A DNA stretch of 20,807 nt from a bacterium (GTDB lineage: Bacteria > Zhuqueibacterota > Zhuqueibacteria > Zhuqueibacterales > Zhuqueibacteraceae). The position numbers were made by a program, and so were the translations under genes. Below the pieces are notes generated by a model. It saw only the letters and a program-made list of their open reading frames with translations, did no database searches and was not told where the DNA came from. Below, piece after piece: positions 16,873-20,807 of this stretch. The stretch covers positions 1 through 20,807 of the forward strand of contig JBIOXB010000082.1 in the NCBI GenBank assembly GCA_044869275.1, in the 5' to 3' direction. The number at the start of each line of letters is the position of its first letter. The first letter of the stretch is position 1.

Positions 16873-17949
16873 TCACCTCAACCATTCCTCCAAATTCTCC
16901 CTCACAAATTCATCATCATTCAAGTGCGGATACGCCGCATAAACGCGATCAATCTCCGCGAGCTGGCCGGGGGATAGATCTTCATTCGGATTCAGCGTCC
17001 AACGGCCCTCGAGCAAACCCTGACGCCGCAACACTTCGTGGATACCGGCAATGCAACCGGCAAAGCTGTTTTGGGAATCGAAAAAAGCTGCATTGCAATC
17101 CGTGATTTGTTGTGCTTTGATCAGCAGCTCTGGAGAAATCGCTTGTCGCTGATGGACGAGGACATGAATTTCTTCGAGCAACTCTACCGCACGTTTGGTC
17201 CACACCGCCCAATGCCCCAACAATCCTCCCACGATGCGCTTGGTGGCCGCATTGCCTTTATCTTCGAACCGAAATGCGCTCAACAGATCCAGAACGATAT
17301 TATCATCATTGCCCGTGTAGAGTGCAATTTCTTGGCCTCTGCCTGACGCAGCAACGGCGCGCAAGACGTCAAGTGTATAGTAACGATTGAACGGCGCAAT
17401 CTTGATCGCCAGCAAATTCTCAATCTCCACGGCCTCACGCCAAAAATCAAAATTGAGCACCCGCCCGCCCACGGCCGGCTGCAAATAGAAGCCCATGATC
17501 GGGATGATTTCCGCGATAGCGCGCAAATGAGAAAGTAACTCGGCATGGGAGGCATGGCGCAACGCCCCCAAACTGACCAGGCCGAGATGGTAACCCAGGC
17601 CAACTGCAATTCTCGCTTCTTGCACAGCCTGCGCAGTTTGGCCGGCAATACCGGCAATGCGGACAAGAGTTTTCCCCGTCGCTGCAACGATGTGATCGAG
17701 CGTGTCCGCGGCGAGCGCGAGCACAGGCTCGTACAATCCGATCTTCGCATCGCGAATTTCAAATTGAGTCGTGTGCACGCCAACGGCAACGCCGCCTGTA
17801 CCGGCGGCGCAATAGTAACGCGTCAACGCGCGCTGGCGTCTTTCATCCAATCGGCGATTTTGATTAAGTGCCAGCGGATGCGCAGGGATCACCACGCCGC
17901 GGCGCAACAGCGCGAGAACCTCGCTTGGTGGAAACGGAAAGGAGGTCAT
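16873..17949 (-). CDS. Dihydrodipicolinate synthase / N-acetylneuraminate lyase-family protein (class I aldolase or dehydratase, substrate unknown)
   Basis: GVVIPAHPLAL...RRLDE, Tyr in GFYLQP, Schiff-base Lys in LLAIKIAPF, and LYTGNDD. The GxTGE loop is replaced by GVHTTQF. Confidence 0.85.
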   Translation of the reverse strand: MTSFPFPPSEVLALLRRGVVIPAHPLALNQNRRLDERRQRALTRYYCAAGTGGVAVGVHTTQFEIRDAKIGLYEPVLALAADTLDHIVAATGKTLVRIAGIAGQTAQAVQEARIAVGLGYHLGLVSLGALRHASHAELLSHLRAIAEIIPIMGFYLQPAVGGRVLNFDFWREAVEIENLLAIKIAPFNRYYTLDVLRAVAASGRGQEIALYTGNDDNIVLDLLSAFRFEDKGNAATKRIVGGLLGHWAVWTKRAVELLEEIHVLVHQRQAISPELLIKAQQITDCNAAFFDSQNSFAGCIAGIHEVLRRQGLLEGRWTLNPNEDLSPGQLAEIDRVYAAYPHLNDDEFVRENLEEWLR

Positions 17950-17963
17950 CAATGATTCGCAAA

Positions 17964-18195
17964 TGGTTTGTTGGATTGATGGATCGTTGGATTACTGGAT
18001 TGCTGGATTACTGGATTACTGGATTGCTGGATTACTGGATCAGTGGATCAGTGGATGGCTGGAGTAATGATTTCTGCTTGTGACCATCACTCCATCACCC
18101 CATCACCCCATCACCCCATCACCCCATCACCCCATCGCCCCATCGCCCCATCACTCCATCACTCCATCACTCCATCACTCCATCACCCCATAATC
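17964..18195. repeat. Large inverted octamer arrays: 13 x TGGATTAC-like units facing 14 x CCATCAC(C/T)-like units
   Basis: Units counted directly at 17964-18067 and 18084-18195, separated by a 16-nt spacer, between two co-oriented genes. Confidence 0.93.
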
Positions 18196-18207
18196 TCTGC
18201 ACTCCTG

Positions 18208-19242
18208 TCAGAACTTTCCCGTGCGCGTCTCGAAGTGTGTCGGCTTGGCCAGCGTAGGCCCGGAGATTTTCACCCAATGGGCAATCCAGTCAATCATTTG
18301 CTCCAAGGTGATGCTGGGATAGCCGAGCAATCGAAAACACTCGCCGGCATTGCTCAACAATGCGGTTTCGGATTCTTCACCTGAAAACATCGGAGCCTTG
18401 TTGAAAAGCGTGCCAAATCGTTCTGCTAAACGTCGAATGGAAACCGTTTCTGGCCCCGTCACGTTGAGCATCAAAGGCGGTGTTTGCGCCAATACAAAAC
18501 AGCGCAGAGCCATGGCGTTGGCATCACCTTGCCAAATCACATTGGCATGCCCCATCCTCAGATCAATGGTTTGCCCATTAGATACTTTTTGCGCGACATC
18601 GAGCAGCACGCCGTAGCGCAGATCGATGGCGTAATTCAGACGAAGGATCACACCTGGCGTTTGTTGCTGGCGGCAAAAGTGTTCGAAGATACGCTCGCGC
18701 GCCAAAGCGGATTGCGCATATTCGCCAATCGGGCCGGTGGCGTCGGATTCCTTGCTGCCGCCGTACTTCACTGGCGTGAGCGGATAGACATTGCCGGTCG
18801 AAAATAGAACAATCCGGGATTTTGTGAATTTTTGTGTGACGACTGCGGGAATATAGGCATTGATCGCCCAGGTTTCGGCTTCGCGCCCGGTGCTGCCGAA
18901 TTTCATACCGATCATGTACATGACGTTTTCAACCTCGGGCAATTGCTGAATGTCATGTGCATTGAGAAGATCACAGGAGATGGTTTCGATGCCGTCGTGT
19001 TGCAGCGCCGTGCGTGCCGCTGCGTTCGAAAAACGCGCGACGCCAATCACGCGCTTTTTGGCGCCGGCTTCGTCGCTTGCTTTTTTTGCGAGCCGCGCCA
19101 GCGTTGGCCCCATTTTTCCACTGGCGCCGAGGATGAGGAGGTCGCCGGAGATTTTCTGCATCGCGTCAATGAGGGCTGATGAAGGGGTTGTCATCAGGTC
19201 TTCGATCTCGGCGACGGTATTCATTGACTCAGGAAGAGACAT
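18208..19242 (-). CDS. NAD(P)-dependent epimerase/dehydratase-like extended SDR with atypical catalytic motif
   Basis: Motifs ILGASGKMG (GxxGxxG), CDLL, FSTGNVY, EYAQSA (YxxxK lysine absent), LRLNYA and NVTGPE.VS. Confidence 0.85.
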   Translation of the reverse strand: MSLPESMNTVAEIEDLMTTPSSALIDAMQKISGDLLILGASGKMGPTLARLAKKASDEAGAKKRVIGVARFSNAAARTALQHDGIETISCDLLNAHDIQQLPEVENVMYMIGMKFGSTGREAETWAINAYIPAVVTQKFTKSRIVLFSTGNVYPLTPVKYGGSKESDATGPIGEYAQSALARERIFEHFCRQQQTPGVILRLNYAIDLRYGVLLDVAQKVSNGQTIDLRMGHANVIWQGDANAMALRCFVLAQTPPLMLNVTGPETVSIRRLAERFGTLFNKAPMFSGEESETALLSNAGECFRLLGYPSITLEQMIDWIAHWVKISGPTLAKPTHFETRTGKF

Positions 19243-19354
19243 TCAAATGCTCCAGAACTAGCATTGCACTGGCCGGACGATTCGAAATCAGGATTTACCA
19301 AGAGGGCACAAAGGTAACGGAATTTTCTCAGTGCTTTTGGCTCTCAATGATTTC

Positions 19355-19418
19355 CCAACGGATGAAAAGCGACCAACGGATTTTATGCTGAATCCGTTGG
19401 TCGCTTTTCATCCGTTGG
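19355..19418. repeat. Perfect inverted repeat, 28-bp arms, 8-nt loop, each arm containing CCAACGGAT twice
   Basis: CCAACGGATGAAAAGCGACCAACGGATT (19355-19382) pairs with AATCCGTTGGTCGCTTTTCATCCGTTGG (19391-19418). Confidence 0.95.
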
Positions 19419-20645
19419 AGAAGAAATTTTCAGAATCTTATTCTGAAGTCCCTTGTCCAATCGCGTGAGCTCTTGATTTCGCTCCAACACTCCGCGATAA
19501 ACCGTTGCCTGCCACGTTTGATCAAGAAAGGGCAGAGCTGCGGGTTGCAGCGTTCTTACCAAGGCCTCCGTCTCAGCCAATGTGCCCACGCCGCTCACGG
19601 TATCTAGAGCGCGCAGATTTTGATAGCCCAGGCAATTGGCAAACTGCAGCGTTTCCTCCAGGGTTTTTTCGAGCAACAATGCCGTTAAGACTCCAGCGGC
19701 GGCGCAGTCTCCCGCGCCGGCGGCTGATTGGAGATCCTCATTGACAAAAGCAGCACTCCACAATTCACGCCCGGCCCACCGCTTGTGCGCATGCGCGGGC
19801 AAAAGGGGAATGCGACCGAGCCGCTCTTCACCGGCGGTTCGTGCATAAATGCCGCGAGCCCCGGCCTTCAACATCACCACACCGCAACCGAGCGCAATCA
19901 ATGCGTCAGCGATTTCGCGATACAACTCTACCGGCACAGCCTCGACGAGGCTGTCACCCTGCCGGCGCATTTCCTCCCATTGGGCGCGATCCCACAAGAG
20001 CAGCATTTCCTCAATGCTCGGCATGAAAAAATCAACATGTGGTATGACGTTGCGCAGCCAGCCTTGCCAATTCACATGGCCTGCTTCACTGTCGGGGTCG
20101 GGCAAGGCCATGTCCAGCGAAGGCGCGACCCCGAGCCTTGCGACGCTTTGCAAAATTCGCGCAAGCTCTTTACCTTCATCAATAAACAGCGAACGCATGA
20201 GGGGAGGGTAGCCCAAGTGAAAAATGCGGGAGGCGCCGATGATTTTCCAATTCAGCGTTTCATTCGTAAAGAAATCATTGCAGCCGGGATAATGCAAAAA
20301 TATGCGGTCGATTGCCGGCGGCGCGATCACCACGGAATAGGAACTGCCGTGCTCGCGATCACGCGCGATGCCTTCGACATTTCCCCATGCCGACATTTTG
20401 TCAATAATGATCTGGCCGAGCGCGTCATCACCCACCCTGGCCATGAAGGCGACTCGGCTACCCTGCTTCTGCAAAGCGATGCCCGTATTCGAAACCGCGC
20501 CGCCGGTGCTGAGCACGGCTTTACCGACGTGCAAGAGCTTGCCGGGTTGAAACATCTTGTGAAAGTCGTGCGCGCCGCTGGTTTTGAATGGCGGAATAAT
20601 ATCGAGACAGAGGTGGCCTGCGGCGACGACGTCAAACACAGACAT
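19383..20645 (-). CDS. PfkB/ribokinase-family carbohydrate kinase
   Basis: Motifs VAAGHLCLDI, TGGAVSNTGIAL.K.G, VGDDALG, VDFFMPS.EE, VMLKAGARG and anion-hole GAGD (SAAGAGDC). AAGGAG RBS. Confidence 0.92.
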   Translation of the reverse strand: MSVFDVVAAGHLCLDIIPPFKTSGAHDFHKMFQPGKLLHVGKAVLSTGGAVSNTGIALQKQGSRVAFMARVGDDALGQIIIDKMSAWGNVEGIARDREHGSSYSVVIAPPAIDRIFLHYPGCNDFFTNETLNWKIIGASRIFHLGYPPLMRSLFIDEGKELARILQSVARLGVAPSLDMALPDPDSEAGHVNWQGWLRNVIPHVDFFMPSIEEMLLLWDRAQWEEMRRQGDSLVEAVPVELYREIADALIALGCGVVMLKAGARGIYARTAGEERLGRIPLLPAHAHKRWAGRELWSAAFVNEDLQSAAGAGDCAAAGVLTALLLEKTLEETLQFANCLGYQNLRALDTVSGVGTLAETEALVRTLQPAALPFLDQTWQATVYRGVLERNQELTRLDKGLQNKILKISSPTDEKRPTDSA

Positions 20646-20684
20646 GCATTTCTCCTTCGCGCGGGTCGTCCGATTATCGGGTCG

Positions 20685-20796
20685 TTGGATTGTTGGATTA
20701 TTGGATTATTGGATTATTGGATTGTTGGATTGTTGGATTGTTGGATTGTTGGATTGTTGGATTGTTGGATTGTTGGATTGTTGGATTGTTGGATTG
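20685..20796. repeat. Tandem octamer array, 14 x TTGGATT(G/A)
   Basis: Eleven TTGGATTG and three TTGGATTA units, with degenerate units at 20661-20684. Same TGGA-octamer family as the 13430 and 17964 arrays. The window ends 11 nt later. Confidence 0.95.
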
Positions 20797-20807
20797 CAGC
20801 ATTCTCC

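Noticed and set aside
17964..18195. CRISPR array interpretation of the repeat arrays (also 20685-20796)
   Set aside because: Units are contiguous 8-mers with no unique spacers, and no cas genes are present.
17868..18384. ORFs 17868..18083 and 18043..18384 with WITGLLDY and HHPITPS repeats
   Set aside because: They are translations of the octamer arrays and overlap real genes on the opposite strand.

Overview
GC-rich (~55% by eye) bacterial metagenomic-style fragment dominated by sugar and sugar-acid catabolism. It has about 17 intact CDSs: a LytTR response regulator, an M20 amidohydrolase, L-rhamnose isomerase (rhaA), a PhyH-family Fe(II)/2OG dioxygenase, a ~768-aa unknown protein with a glycoside-hydrolase-like layout, a GNAT, a beta carbonic anhydrase, a plus-strand run MFS transporter - GH88 unsaturated glucuronyl hydrolase - SDR - flavin oxidoreductase, a low-GC VapBC pair, and a convergent run PfkB kinase - NAD-dependent epimerase-like - DHDPS-family lyase. 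Several of these enzymes have non-canonical active-site motifs, so the two convergent runs may encode an undescribed uronate or deoxy-sugar pathway (inference). Many intergenic gaps hold palindromic elements: two ~150-bp MITE-like elements with shared terminal inverted repeats and REP-type cargo, inverted octamer tandem arrays, and a perfect 28-bp-arm hairpin that overlaps the end of the kinase gene. The first ~190 bp are AT-rich, read as a glutamate-synthase-like Fe-S fragment, and truncate a 7TM-DISM-type sensor gene, probably at a chimeric join. No rRNA, tRNA, CRISPR array or transposase was seen. The repeat style resembles candidate division KSB1-like genomes (low-confidence impression).
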